Positions 37,101 through 50,341 of a stretch of DNA of 64,000 nt are shown here, one piece after another. Location of the stretch: contig NW_003314301.1 in assembly GCF_000143415.4 (NCBI RefSeq), positions 464,745 to 528,744 of the forward strand, read 5' to 3'. The notes under the pieces were generated by a model. The model was not told the origin of the DNA. It made no database searches and saw nothing but the letters and a program-made list of their open reading frames with translations. Numbering within the stretch: position 1 is the first letter of the stretch; every line of letters starts with the position of its first letter. Source of the stretch: Selaginella moellendorffii. Taxonomy: Eukaryota; Plantae; Lycopodiophyta. A program made the position numbers and the translations under genes.

Positions 37101-40100
37101 ACTATACTAACTCTATGAGAGGAAGAGTTAGTGATCGATATTGGAATGATTGAATCCTTGTTGAATTTGAGTTAAGATATATCAATCATTGATAATTCTT
37201 CTTGTGCTTATTATGAAATGAATTTACGTCTTGTTATAGATAGATTCATGGAGGATTGTTTACTGATCACTTGTTGAGTATAGCTTCAATATGCTTAGTT
37301 TTTGGATTGATGCAGACATATTTTTCATTAACTTTAGCATTATTAAGTTTAGCTTATGGATGTGTTAAAGAGGATATTAATGGTTGTACCATGATTTCTT
37401 CTTTAGCATTAAAGTTAGTTTATGTGAGACTCGTGATCATTGTTATGTAAGACTTAGCTATGGACTTTTTCGAACTTTTGATTCTTTGAATTTTATGCTT
37501 ATTATTCCATTTGTTAGAAGTTGTTGAGGAAGGCATTTTTAGCTCATTGGCTTCGATATTGAAGTTAGTATTTGCATATAGTAATCATTGGTGATGATTA
37601 ACTATTATCTAGGATAGTTGATTATTCTTGTCAAAAGGTTTTGCTTGGTTATTGTTAATCTAGAATGATTTGCCATTCTTCAGGATGGTGGATTCTTTCT
37701 TCGATGATAATTATGCATCTCTTCATTGATGGGATGATTAATGATTTTACATGATAGTTAGTTATTTTCTTTGATGATTTATGGCTTTTTACATTATTAT
37801 ATGTTATTTGTGGTTTGCTCTGGATTTGTTTCTTGGGTTTGAGATATCAATAGTATGTTGCTAATGCTTGCTTGAGCAACTTTGGTTCCTTAGTATTATT
37901 GACCAAGATCTATTCAACTTAACTAGCGCAATAATTAGCATGAATGAGTGTTTGTTAGTCTTACCACATTCATTATGTTCTGTTGATTGTTGCTTGAGTT
38001 AGCTTTGATAGATTCGGATGTTATTTTCTTCAGGTAATACATTCGTAAGCATTTTACTTGCCAGTCGATGATACTTTGTGTTCTTTGAGTTATCTTTCAT
38101 AAGTTGTTTAGCATGCTATCTATAATATTGATAGCATAGTCTTATCATTAAGCTTTCTTGATGATACATGGGCTATTGAATATTATTGGATGGTTAATCC
38201 TATGTTTTCCAACTCTAGTGATCTTGGTGGTTTTTGTACTTTAATACTTGTTTATTGGATGATAACTTACTTGGAATACTTTCGTGTTCTAAACTAAGCT
38301 TTATTTATTGATAATTAAGTATTTAAGATATCATTATTTATGACTTTGATATTGTCCATCTATAGATCTTTAAGTTTGGGCCAGTATAAGTAGACTGGCT
38401 TCGGCACGTCATGTGCATGGTGAAATTTTTAGTCATGAGGTAGCTATTGTCGACTGGTCACATCACCTACCTCTTTATCGATATTCCTTATTTCATTCAA
38501 AAGGGTGTGACCGTATAAATAACTCTAACTGCCTGTTTATAGTAGTCTATCTAAACCTTATCAACAGGTTTGGTTTCTTTGCTCATGAGGGTTGGGGCTT
38601 CTGGCTTCTCTCTCTATGCCACCTATGGGTAGGGGTGTATCACACTTTGTAAGCTGGGTGATACCCAGAGTAGCAAGGGTGGCTAACTCCATTGGTTATT
38701 TCCTTATTAGCAATGGCCGAAAGATGTCTGAATTGGTAACACATCCGCATTAGACAAAAAGGTTACCCTAACTCATTTAAGTTTGTGCATTTCTCACATA
38801 GTGTGATCCTCGTGAACTTTTTCTGGAGTTGTTTCCTTGGTGGTGGTCTAGACTAGAGTACACCTCAACAAGGACATCAATCTTCCCTAAGGGGGGAAGA
38901 GTGTTGAGAATATGACTTCGAGTATTGAAAGTTATCTGTCGGCTAGTCTTTTCAAATATTCTTTCTTTACTGCCACAACGGCAAGAGGTCAATATTGCTA
39001 AACCTTTTATCAGTCCCTCTTATGCTAATGGAATTAACTAGGCATTTCAAGTGTAGTTAGACTGAACGAGTATAAAGACGGAATTTCTATGTGTTATTAG
39101 CTAAGCATACTTATCCTGGTAAGGAGTTCCCGTCTCATCATGTCTTGCACTGGCTAGTAACAAGAACCTTGCGTATTGAGACTTGTCCCTCAATATTGCT
39201 AGATGATAGCTTACCGTGTCTGCCAAACACCCTTGCTATCATACCCTTTATGTTAGTCTCATTTCGGTCATAAATGTTATTTATAGAAAGTGTCTAAATT
39301 TGTTCATTTGGCATATTTACGAAATGTAAAGATTATCCTGAACACAATGGTCGTTCCGTGTCCAAATTCGCAATCTAAGGACATTCCATATTTAGTAAGT
39401 ATCAAGCTTGTCCTAAAGACTAATTCCTGATATTAAGGGAGGCTTGGGGTGAAAGCCCAAAGCGTGTGTTCCTCAAAAGGGGGGGCTATAGGGGGTTCCA
39501 AATATATAGTAAGTAGTGGGTAGGTTAGTTAACTAACTTGAGGCATAGTCTAACTCCCACTTATGCCTGTCTTTATTCTACGTCCATCTTGGGTTTAAAC
39601 CCAAGCTCCATACCATGTTAGTTGGTAGAATACCCATATCTTCGCGTTAGACCACTGATATGCTAAAATACCGCTAAACTCTATTTGGCTCCATTTTGCA
39701 TACTGGATGCTCTAGGATTGTTCCAAGTTGCTCCGTACTCCTATCCCTTCACTACTTAAGTTGTACTCTAGAGTTGCTTCGTGGTCCGATTCCATTGCTC
39801 TTTAGCTCTATATTTGGGAGTTTAGCTATGTTCCTTCATTCAGTGGCTCAAGGCCCTAAAACTCAAGTTCTGCACCACTGTCCTTTGGACACATGGCATG
39901 TGACACATGGCACATGGAGGGTTTCACTTCATGGTTATTCTATAGTAAATCACTATAGAATAAAGGGTAAAAATCACATGCACTACATCTTTTCTTACTG
40001 TTTTCATTCTTTTCTTGATTTGATTTTTATGATACTTTATGACCATAAAGAATGCATGTAAATGGCGTGTTTATTATCTATTGACGCATCTGCATTTTCC

Positions 40101-41094
40101 TTGGCCTTACAGATTGCAATGGGGTCATGGATCAAGTTATGTAACTAATCACTCCTTGCATAACCTTTGGACACTTGGCCAAGACTATGGATAACAATCT
40201 AAGATGTAAGCTCTTGAGTTTTCTTCCTTGCTTCTTGCTTTCTTACCAAAGTTTCATTTTCTTAGTGTGCCTGTTTAATGGGCTCTTGTATTGCTTGCTT
40301 TGCACTGCTGGGCTATGTTGTTGCCTCTCTATGCACTACAGAACCAAGCTTTAGGAGAAGGACAAGCCACCTGGATTGTGGATCCAGGATTATATCTCCC
40401 ACTGCTTTTGCTTGCTCATGCAAGAGTTCCAGTAGTAGAAGGTTGAGAGTGTCAAGTCCACCGTGGTTGATCAAAGTTGGGGGAAGCACAAACTCTTTCA
40501 CTGTTCCACCTTCCTCCGGTTGTCGGTAGAGGCTGGGTGCTGGGGTAGAGAATTGTTGGGGCATAAGCCATAGACAATAGGCGACAAAAAATGTTGCCTG
40601 CTATGGGTCTATGGCCCTCCTGCATTGCTTATCAATTATTTTTGGCTCCTGGAAAACTCTTGCAAAGGATTGTGTGGGCACAAGAACAATAGCTCTTGAG
40701 GTTCCTGTAGGGCATGGTTGTTAAGTCTGCTGGTGGTTCTATAGGAGATGTTGCTTAAGTGGCAAAACCATTGGGCCAAGAATATTGTTTCCTAGCTTGG
40801 ATACTATGATTAAAATTCATTTTGACTTAAATTTGGCTCAATCAGTTAGTATAATTAAGATGGCACTTGCCCTATCTTACAATTTTCTTCTTTCTATATA
40901 TGTTTAGTTGATAGATAGAGTCACCCCTAAGTTGTACTGATGTATTGATTGGGCAATTACAACATGCTTAAGGTGTGGGTTAGCTTATTCTTAATACAAA
41001 CACATTGAACACCTTTATAAATCTTATAAACATAGAATATCAGGTTTTGAATTTATAGTTTAAATATTAATAACAATTACATTTTGTATTTCTT

Positions 41095-41660
41095 TTCTTA
41101 GTTTTACTTGGGTCTGGGTAGTAGATTAGTGTTCTTAAAATTTTATTGTTCTATATTCTAAGAAATAGACATGGCAAAGTAATTCTGAGTTTAAGGGTTA
41201 TGTACAATTTTTTAATTTTAGGTTATGTTTGGGTCTGAGTATTATATTAATGTTCTTAAATCTTAGTTATATATTTATTCATATCCCAAGTAAACACATA
41301 ATAATTAAATAATGCTTCCCTAAATTAATGATAATTAATCTTAGTAGTTCTTCTTTACATTTCTATGAGTCTGCGTAGTAATATATTAGTTTTCTGATCG
41401 TTTTAGGATTCTAAATTTGTTTACATCCCAAATAAAAACATACTTTACATGTAACATTTAATTAATAAAATTTATTTTTGGTAATTATTATTTTATTGTT
41501 TTTCTCTGAAAGATTACTAAAAATATTTATTCATATAGCTATAAATAACTCATTCTTAGCAATTTTAATTTTAATTTTTTCTGGGTTGAGTAATAAGTTT
41601 CTTAAAATCTTAGTATTCTAAATATATCCATATTCCTAAGTAATACTGCATATAATATCT
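41095..41660. repeat. Cluster of short degenerate AT-rich MITE-like units
   Basis: Repeated units tgggtctgrgta..attartgttcttaaa..atcccaa.taaac at ~41108, 41228, 41366 and 41581. tattctaaatatatcc (~41613) is the reverse complement of 14743-14758. Confidence 0.45.
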
Positions 41661-41737
41661 TTATCAATAGTATTTACTTAGTAATTCTTTTTTTACACTT
41701 TAGGATATCAGTGTTTTAAATATATAGTCTATGCTAT

Positions 41738-41745
41738 TGTGTGTG

Positions 41746-41807
<62 letters not shown>
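41738..41807. repeat. Compound microsatellite (TG)n-(TA)n
   Basis: Directly visible TG run followed by ~26 TA units. Confidence 0.97.
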
Positions 41808-41810
<3 letters not shown>

Positions 41811-42829
41811 AAAAAAATTGTGTAAAATTACTAATTTTTTTACTCATCCAATTTGCTGGGCAATACTAAGAAGTTGTAGCTAAGGAGGGAAAAACTCTCC
41901 TTTTACTGCAGCCCCTCCTACTTTGCCTTTGTAGCTAAGGAAATTTTCTTTATCACAACTCCTCCTTGACACCAAAGTTTCACTCACTCCAGGTTTCTCT
42001 TCTTTACTATGACTCCTTAGCCTCAAAGTTTGCAGAAGAAGAAGCAATGCCAGGTGCTAGAGATGGAGGCCCAAGAGCTTGCATTGCTCAAGCATAGAGT
42101 TTATGGATGGGTATGTTAAGTGATCGTCCTTTGCAATGTTGGATATATAGAGCTTGGCTCATGCATATGCTATGTGTAGGGTCTTATCCATCCTATTTTT
42201 CTTTAGGGCTAGATTAACAATGGATTGCTATGGCTGGTGCTTATAGAATTGGAGAGTTTGCTTGGATCTGTCATATGCTGCATAAGAATTTTCTGCTCAA
42301 TCTTTGTAGGATGCCCCAGCTAGGAATAGGTAATATCTTTTCGTTCTTGCAAAGGAAATTTTATTTTCAGGTTTTGTGCTGGGTTTCAACATGCGAGAAG
42401 TTGGCTCTCACAATGGTAGCCATACTGCCATGGTTGGGCGAGTGCAATTGCAGGCATTCATTTTATTGGCAGTGGATGACTTTGAACTCTTGATTTTATG
42501 TAAACAACTCTAGGTTGGCTGTGGGATTGATGTTGTCCTAGCCATAGTCACTAATAGTTCCCAGTGAGAAATTCTTTATGTCTCTTTCTACAATTACAAT
42601 TCTTTTATATAAAACACTGGAGGAGAACTAGAGCTATGCTTCAAGCTGTCATAAAACTCTTGGCCAATGTATTTGTCTTTTGGCTCAGATTTAAATTTTT
42701 TTGAGAACTTCACCTTCTCAACTTGCCAGCTTTTTGCTGGGCAATTTGTAGTCAATAATAATAGTGTGGAAAAATAAATGAGTAAAAAACCAAAATAGCA
42801 CAGCAAATTATTCCTCATTGTTTTCTCAT

Positions 42830-43755
42830 TCTCTCCTCTCTTTCTCAACAGGGGTAGTCCCGGTGTAGAATAATACCCAGAGAGAATGTGCTTTCCTTCA
42901 CTTTTGATCCTTGCAAGCAAGTTGGGAACTAGGAACTTTGTATATCTTCAAGCCAAAGAAGGAAAAGAATTTTCTTACTTACAACTGGCGATTTCGAGCT
43001 CTTTCTTCTTCTACAAGGGCTCGTTCCTTGTCGACGGCCAGTTCCCTGAATCGTCTCTTTGTAGCAGTGGAGGATTCCCACTTGTTTTCGGGGTGAAAAG
43101 GCGAGAACTTGTATCGTCTATCAGCCATGAGAAGACCACCTGAGCAACACACCAAAGAACTCTCAGACTTGAACAAAGAGGAAGCGTTTACCAATCACTG
43201 CTAGATTGACGAAAAAGAAACCGGCGAAAACTCCCTTGAGGCCGAATTTGCTGTTCTCGAGTCTGGCAAAGTCGAGAGGTCTTGGAGGAGCTGGAGCTCG
43301 CCTACGTACTGTAACATAGAAGAACTAGCAGCAATTAGCTAGAATTTTTCTCTTTGTCCATCTCTTTTCTTCATACCACTGACGCTCGCAGCTATTTGTG
43401 CTGCTCGCTCCTCCAAGGCCATGGAAGGACCTTCACAGAAAAAAGAAATTCAAACAAAGAGTATGCAAGCTATGAGGAGAGATCGCAGGGAAAGGAGAAG
43501 CAATGCTTGAGAAGAAGTGAAAAACCAATGGGAATCAAGGTCATCGCTTACCGGAGAGATCAGCCACTCGCTTCTCCAAGGCGCTGGGACCTTGACGAAA
43601 AACCGTGAGCAAAACGATCGATCTGGAGTAATGCAGGCATGGATTCGGCAGAAATTTCGATTACCTGGAGGAGGCCCTGGCGCTGGAGTAGTATCTGGCG
43701 CTGGCGCTGGAGTAGCATCTGGCGCTGCCGCATGAGCAGCAGTGCTCTCCACCAT
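42830..43755 (-). CDS. Small multi-exon hypothetical protein with a Pro/Ala-rich N-terminus and one hydrophobic segment
   Basis: ATG at 43755 and GT-AG bounded exons: MVESTAAHAAAPDATPAPAP.., ..KFGLKGVFAGFFFVNLAVI|GGLLMADRRYKF..EEERARNRQL. Head-to-head with NRPB1. Exon joins are partly uncertain. Confidence 0.55.
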
Positions 43756-43947
43756 TTTCGACGAGAAGAGAATAGGGCTTTTGTTAGGGCTCCAGGAAGA
43801 GTTTAGAGAATATGCTGTGTCGTGGAATTGGATATTCTAAGGGCATTGTATAAATTTTCTTTTTGCACACGAAATCACACTCTTCAAGCCCTAGGGGTTT
43901 GCAGCGCCTAGGGTTTGATCAAGCGCCTAGCGCCCAGCGCCATCGTC

Positions 43948-46900
43948 ATGGATCTCCGGTTCCCTTACTCTCCGGCGGAGCTGGCGCGGGTCAAGCGCGT
44001 CCAGTTTGGGCTGATGAGCCCTGACGAAATTGTATGGATTCTCCTCGCCTTTGTAAAAGGGGGGAAAATTTCTGAGACTAATCCGTGCTTGTGGTGTTCT
44101 TGCAGCGGCAAATGTCCGTCTGTAAGATCGAGTCGAGCGAGACTTACGACAGGGGTAAGCCAAAATCTGGCGGCCTCAGCGACCCGAGACTGGGAACGAT
44201 TGACCGACAAACCAAGTGTGAGACTTGTGGCGGGAGTATGGCTGAGTGTCCTGGGCATTTTGGGCATTTAGAGCTGGCCAAGCCCATGTTTCACATCGGA
44301 TTCCTGAAGACAGTGCTGGCCCTCCTCCGCTGTGTGTGCTACAACTGCTCGCATATCCTAGCGCTCGAGGTTTGTCGCGAAACGCTGCTACTTTGCTTTA
44401 TCTTTGGTTTGGTGTGTTGGCAGAACGATCACAAGTTCAAGCTCGCGAAAAAGGCGAAGAATCCCAAGCAGAGGCTCAAAAAGGTCTTGGAGTGCTGTAA
44501 GAACAAGCAGAAATGCGAGGGAAACAACAACGATATGGATGGCGAACAAGATGATCAAGAGGGCGAGCAGAAAGGCCACGGAGGTTGTGGAGCTCAGCAG
44601 CCGAAAATCACCATTGATGGGATGAAGATTATTGCCGAGTTCAAGGTTCCAAAAAAGAAAGGCGACGACCAGGATCAGTATTTGCCAGAGCCTGTCGAAA
44701 GAAAACAGCAACTTACTGCTGAAAGGGTGAGACACTTCTTTGTTAAGTGATGGTTCCAACGTTCTCTTCGTGCAGGTTCTGGGTATACTAAAGAGGATAA
44801 GTGACGAGGAATGCCGCATACTCGGTCTTGATCCTCAGTTTGCTCGTCCAGACTGGATGATTTTACAAGTTTTGCCCATTCCACCTCCACCCGTGAGGCC
44901 TTCTGTGATGATGGACAGCTCGGCCCGCAGTGAAGTAAGTTTACTTTTTTCTTGATCAAGTTTGCGTTTCTTACATTTTATTTCTGCTGTTTTGTTCTTT
45001 TTTAGGACGACTTAACTCACCAACTTGCCATGATAATTCGGCACAATAACAACCTGAAGCGGCAGGAGCAGAATGGTGCGCCGACACATATTATCAATGA
45101 GTTCACCCAGCTCTTGCAATTTCATATTGCAACATATTTCGATAATGATCTTCCTGGCCAGCCAAGGGTACATGAAATGTTTGGCTTGCGTGTTACTTAA
45201 TCAGAATGTGCAGGCAACACAACGCTCTGGTAGACCCATCAAATCCATCTGCCAACGCCTAAAGGCTAAAGAGGGACGGATTCGTGGGAACCTGATGGGC
45301 AAGCGTGTTGATTTTTCTGCTCGAACAGTTATCACCCCGGATCCGAATATCAATATTGACGAGCTAGGAGTGCCATGGAGTATTGCGTTGAACTTGACTT
45401 ATCCAGAAACTGTGACTCCATATAACCTCGAACGGTGAGCAATTCTTTCATTGTGTTTATCTCTGACCTTTTCCTTTTATGAACCAGATTGAAAGAGCTG
45501 GTGGAATATGGGCCGCATCCACCCCCTGGCAAAACAGGTGCAAAGTATATCATTAGAGAAGATGGTCAGCGTCTGGATCTAAGGTATCTCAAAAAGAGCA
45601 GTGATCGGCACTTGGAACTTGGCTACAAGGTAATGGATTTTTTGTCGCTGCAGTCTCTTATTTTTCTTGTTAATGTAGGTTGAGAGACACTTATGCGACG
45701 GCGATTTTGTGCTCTTTAACCGGCAGCCAAGTCTGCATAAAATGTCAATCATGGGACACCGAATACGGATAATGCCTTACTCGACGTTTCGGCTTAATCT
45801 CTCCGTGACGAGTCCATACAATGCTGATTTTGATGGGGACGAGATGAACATGCATGTGCCTCAGTCTTTCGAAACCAGGGCTGAGGTCTCAGAGCTCATG
45901 ATCGTTCCCAAGTGTATAGTGTCTCCGCAGTCGAACAGACCCGTTATTGGAATCGTCCAGGACACACTTCTTGGGTGTCGAAAAGTAACCAAGAGGGATA
46001 CTTTTATTGAAAAGGTAATTTTGTTGTCTTGCTGTCTGAAGCCTGGCATTGATATCTTCTGTCTGCAGGACGTTTTCATGAACATCCTGATGTGGTGGGA
46101 AGATTTTGATGGGAAAGTGCCGACTCCAGCAATTGTCAAACCAAGGCCAATATGGACTGGAAAGCAGATTTTTAGTCTGATTATTCCCAAGCAAATCAAT
46201 ATGGTGCGAACTGCTGCCTGGCATAATGACAGTGAAACGGGCGATAATTCTCCTGGTGACACGATGGTGCGCATCGAGAAGGGCGAACTCCTGACTGGCA
46301 CACTCTGTAAAAAGACATTAGGAACATCGTCTGGTAGTTTGATTCACGTCATATGGTAAGCCTTTCTTTCTGTCTCGGAGTTTCACGTTAACTTTATACA
46401 TTTCAGGGAGGAAGTCGGGCCTGATGCTGCTCGCAAATTTTTGGGTCATACACAGTGGCTTGTCAATTATTGGTTGCTGCAACACGGTTTCAGCATTGGT
46501 ATTGGAGACACAATTGCTGACTCTGCAACCATGGAGAAGATTAATGAGACTATCTTTAAGGCCAAGAACGAAGTGAAAGACCTGATTAAAATGGCGCAAG
46601 AGAAGCAGCTAGAGTCTCAGCCCGGTCGAACAATGATGGAGTCTTTTGAAAACAGAGTCAATCAGGTGAATTTTCTCCTCCTTTTTTATTCTTCTCGTAC
46701 TAACCTATAATTATGCAGGTCCTTAACAGAGCTCGTGATGAAGCCGGAAGCAGTGCTCAGAAAAGCTTGTCTGAGAGCAACAACGTAAAAGCTATGGTGA
46801 CCGCTGGATCGAAGGGCTCGTTCATCAACATATCCCAGATGATTGCTTGTGTGGGACAGCAGAACGTTGAAGGGAAACGAATTCCGTTCGGTTTCATCGA

Positions 46901-49900
46901 CAGAACGCTCCCGCATTTTACAAAGGATGACTACGGCCCCGAGAGTAGGGGGTTCGTCGAAAATTCTTATCTACGGGGTCTCACACCGCAGGAGTTCTAC
47001 TTTCACGCCATGGGAGGTCGAGAGGGTCTTATCGATACAGCAGTGAAGACTTCGGAGACAGGTTACATCCAAAGACGTCTAGTGAAGGCAATGGAAGACG
47101 TGATGGTGAAATACGATGGCACAGTTCGGAATTCGCTGGGGGACGTTATACAGTTCTTATACGGAGAAGATGGCATGGACGCAGTTTGGATTGAATCACA
47201 GCGTCTCGACTCCATCAAAATGAAGAAGAAGGATTTTGATATGACTTACAAGTTCGAGGTGGATAACGAGAACTGGAATCCGGACTACATGGCCAGCGAC
47301 TGTGCAGAAGATATTAAGACCATCCAGGAGATTCGCAACGTGTTTGATGCCGAGGTCCAGAAGCTTGAAGCCGATCGCAAGCAACTCGGTCTGGAGATTG
47401 CGACTTCTGGCGACCCGCAGTGGCCCTTGCCGGTCAATCTGAAGCGTCTCATTTGGAACGCGCAGAAGATTTTCAAGATTGAAATGAAGAAGCCATCGGA
47501 CATGCATCCTATGGAGATTGTGGAAGCAGTGGACAAGCTGCAGGAGAAGCTACTGGTGGTGCCTGGTGACGACCCGATCAGTATCGAAGCTCAGAAGAAT
47601 GCCACCTTGTTCTTCAACTGTCTACTTCGTAGCACGTTTGCCAGCAAGCGTGTTCTCAAGGAGTACAGGTTGACGAAGGAGGCCTTTGAGTGGGTCATTG
47701 GAGAGATCGAGACGCGGTTCTTGCAGTCACTGGTGGCACCCGGGGAGATGATCGGGTGCGTGGCTGCTCAATCCATCGGCGAGCCGGCTACACAGATGAC
47801 GCTGAATACTTTCCACTATGCTGGTGTCAGTGCGAAGAACGTCACTCTCGGTGTTCCCCGGCTGAGGGAGATTATTAACGTGGCCAAGAAGATCAAGACG
47901 CCGTCGCTGTATGTTCACTTGAAGCCTGAAGTAAGCAAGGAGAAGGAGAGGGCCAAGAATGTGCAGTGCGCGCTCGAGTACACGACGCTGAGAAGTGTCA
48001 CGCAGGCGACGGAGATTTGGTATGATCCAGATCCGATGAGCACCATCATTGAGGAGGACGTGGAGTTTGTCAAGTCTTACTACGAGATGCCAGACGAAGA
48101 TGTCACTCCGGACAAGATCTCTCCCTGGCTACTGCGTATTGAGCTCAATCGCGAGATGATGGTTGACAAGAAACTCAGCATGGCAGACATCGCCGAGAAG
48201 ATCAACCTCGAGTTTGTGGACGACTTGACGTGCATCTTCAACGACGACAACGCAGAGAAGCTGATCCTGCGGGTCCGGATCATGAATGACGACGTCAGCA
48301 AGGGTGGCGAAGTAGACCAGTCGGACGACGACGTCTTCCTGAAGAAGATCGAGAGCAACATGCTCACGGAGATGGCGTTGCGAGGGATCCCTGACATCCA
48401 CAAGGTGTTTATCAGGGAGCACAAAAGGCAGAGGTTTGACGAGCATGAGGGCTTCAAGGCCGAGACCGAGTGGATGCTCGACACCGAGGGCGTCAACATG
48501 CTGGCTGTTATGTGCAACGAAGACGTGGACGCGACGAGGACGGTCAGCAACCATCTGATCGAAGTCATTGAGGTGCTGGGCATCGAGGCCGTCAGGCAAG
48601 CTCTCCTCAAGGAGCTCAGGGAAGTCATATCCTTCGACGGCTCCTACGTCAACTACAGGCACCTGGCCATCCTGTGCGACGTCATGACTTACCGGGGCCA
48701 CCTCATGGCGATCACTCGCCACGGTATCAACCGCAACGACACCGGCCCGATGATGCGCTGCTCGTTCGAAGAGACGGTGGACATCCTCCTGGACGCGGCG
48801 GTGTTTGCTGAGGCGGACCATCTCAGGGGCGTCACCGAAAACATCATGCTCGGGCAGCTAGCTCCCATCGGGACGGGCGACTTCGGGCTGCTGCTCAACG
48901 ACAAGATGCTGGAGCACGCGATCGAGCTGCAGCTCCCGAGCTACATGGAGACGGCCGACTTTGGCCTGGGGGGCGTGACTGGAACTCCGCACCACGAAGG
49001 GATGATGTCCCCGAGCTATCTGCTGAGTCCCAACTTGCGAGCCTCGCCAATCACGGACGCACAGTTCTCGCCATATGTTGGTGGCATCACATTCTNNNNN
49101 NNNNNNNNNNNNNNNNNNNNNNNNNNNNNNNNNNNNNNNNNNNNNNNNNNNNNNNNNNNNNNNNNNNNNNNNNNNNNNNNNNNNNNNNNNNNNNNTCGTC
49201 GCCGACTTACAGTCCATCATCGCCAGCTTACAGTCCGGCCTCTCCGGCGTACAGCCCGAGCTCTCCAGGCTACAGCCCGGCATCGCCCGCGTACTCTCCA
49301 ACGAGTCCATCTTACAGCCCGACGTCGCCGAGCTACAGTCCCACTTCTCCGTCCTACTCTCCGACCTCTCCATCGTACTCTCCAACTTCGCCGTCCTACT
49401 CCCCGACCTCTCCATCGTACTCTCCAACCTCGCCATCTTACTCTCCGACGTCTCCTTCCTATTCTCCGACTTCGCCATCTTATTCTCCCACTTCTCCGTC
49501 CTACAGTCCCACCTCTCCCTCGTACTCTCCCACCTCGCCGTCCTACAGCCCGACGTCTCCCTCGTACTCCCCCACCTCGCCATCCTACTCTCCCACTTCG
49601 CCTTCTTACAGTCCGACGTCTCCGAGCTATAGCCCGACGTCCCCGAGCTACAGCCCGACCTCTCCGAGCTACAGCCCCACGTCTCCGTCTTACAGCCCGA
49701 CGTCACCGGCTTACAGCCCGACTTCTCCGTCTTACAGCCCGACGTCGCCTTCTTACAGCCCGACTTCTCCTTCCTACAGCCCGACTTCGCCTGCTTATAG
49801 TCCGACGTCGCCGGCATACAGTCCCTCGTCTCACACTTACAGTCCCAGCAGTCTCAAGTATAGCTCCGCGAGCCCAAGCTACAGGTAAGTTACGAGGATT

Positions 49901-50001
49901 CTTTTTCTTTTCTTCTCTCGATCTTTTTCTTTGTTAATGGTTTTTCTTGTGCTTGTTCCAGCCCGACCTCGCCCTCCTCGACGTACTCGCCTACGAGATG
50001 A
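43948..50001 (+). CDS. NRPB1: DNA-directed RNA polymerase II largest subunit
   Basis: [11 protein letters not shown] start, [18 protein letters not shown] active site, [28 protein letters not shown] and the YSPTSPS CTD. Last exon 49962-50001. A 100-N gap lies at 49096-49195. Confidence 0.99.
49208..50001 (+). repeat. RPB1 CTD heptad array (21-bp unit), at least 33 heptads visible
   Basis: 32 heptads between Tyr codons 49208 and 49880, one spanning the last intron, then a terminal YSPTR*. More are probably hidden in the N gap. Confidence 0.95.
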
Positions 50002-50341
50002 GACGAAGGAATGTAAGAGTTTTTTTATATGAGAGGTTTGTGAGGTTTTGCTCGCGTTTGGTTTGGTTTGACGGATGAGTTGTTCCAGCAGAGGCGATGG
50101 ATGATTAACACACAAGTTTACTGAAGCTGTCCACAACCTGTAGAGCAGCCAGAAAATAAGAAGTTGGAAGAGAATGTAACTATTGCAGCTTATGACAGTT
50201 TTATTTATGATACGCATTGGAGGTCGTCCTTGGTGATGCTAGGGAGCATGCGCGATTTAGAGAGAAAATGCATGACTCTAAGTAAGATGGAATTTTTCTC
50301 TCTTGAGTGAAATGCTTTTAAATCCACTTCGCTTGATCTTA

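Larger units (their letters stand above)
16150..39987 (+). mobile_element. Old LTR retrotransposon (family B) expanded to 23.8 kb by nested insertions
   Basis: 5' LTR 16150-18709 (TG..CA) followed by PBS-like tggtataagag (18712-18722). PPT aaggggggaagag (38889-38901) followed by 3' LTR 38902-39987. Identical 5-bp flanks TCTTT at 16145-16149 and 39988-39992. Confidence 0.8.

Noticed and set aside
40278-40800. ORF 40313-40564 as a gene
   Set aside because: No recognisable motif or splice structure. Probably repeat-derived debris flanking the transposon block.
42040-42490. Possible second PPR relic (LAHAYAMCR resembling LVxMYAKCG)
   Set aside because: A single weak motif in decayed sequence; insufficient support.
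48080-49817. Long antisense ORFs over NRPB1, and similarly 5810-7459 over NUA
   Set aside because: Shadow ORFs of GC-rich or repetitive coding sequence.
49096-49937. Apparent frameshift in NRPB1 giving an Arg/Pro/Leu-rich tail in the ORF track
   Set aside because: Caused by the arbitrary 100-N assembly gap. The YSPTSPS frame is open downstream.
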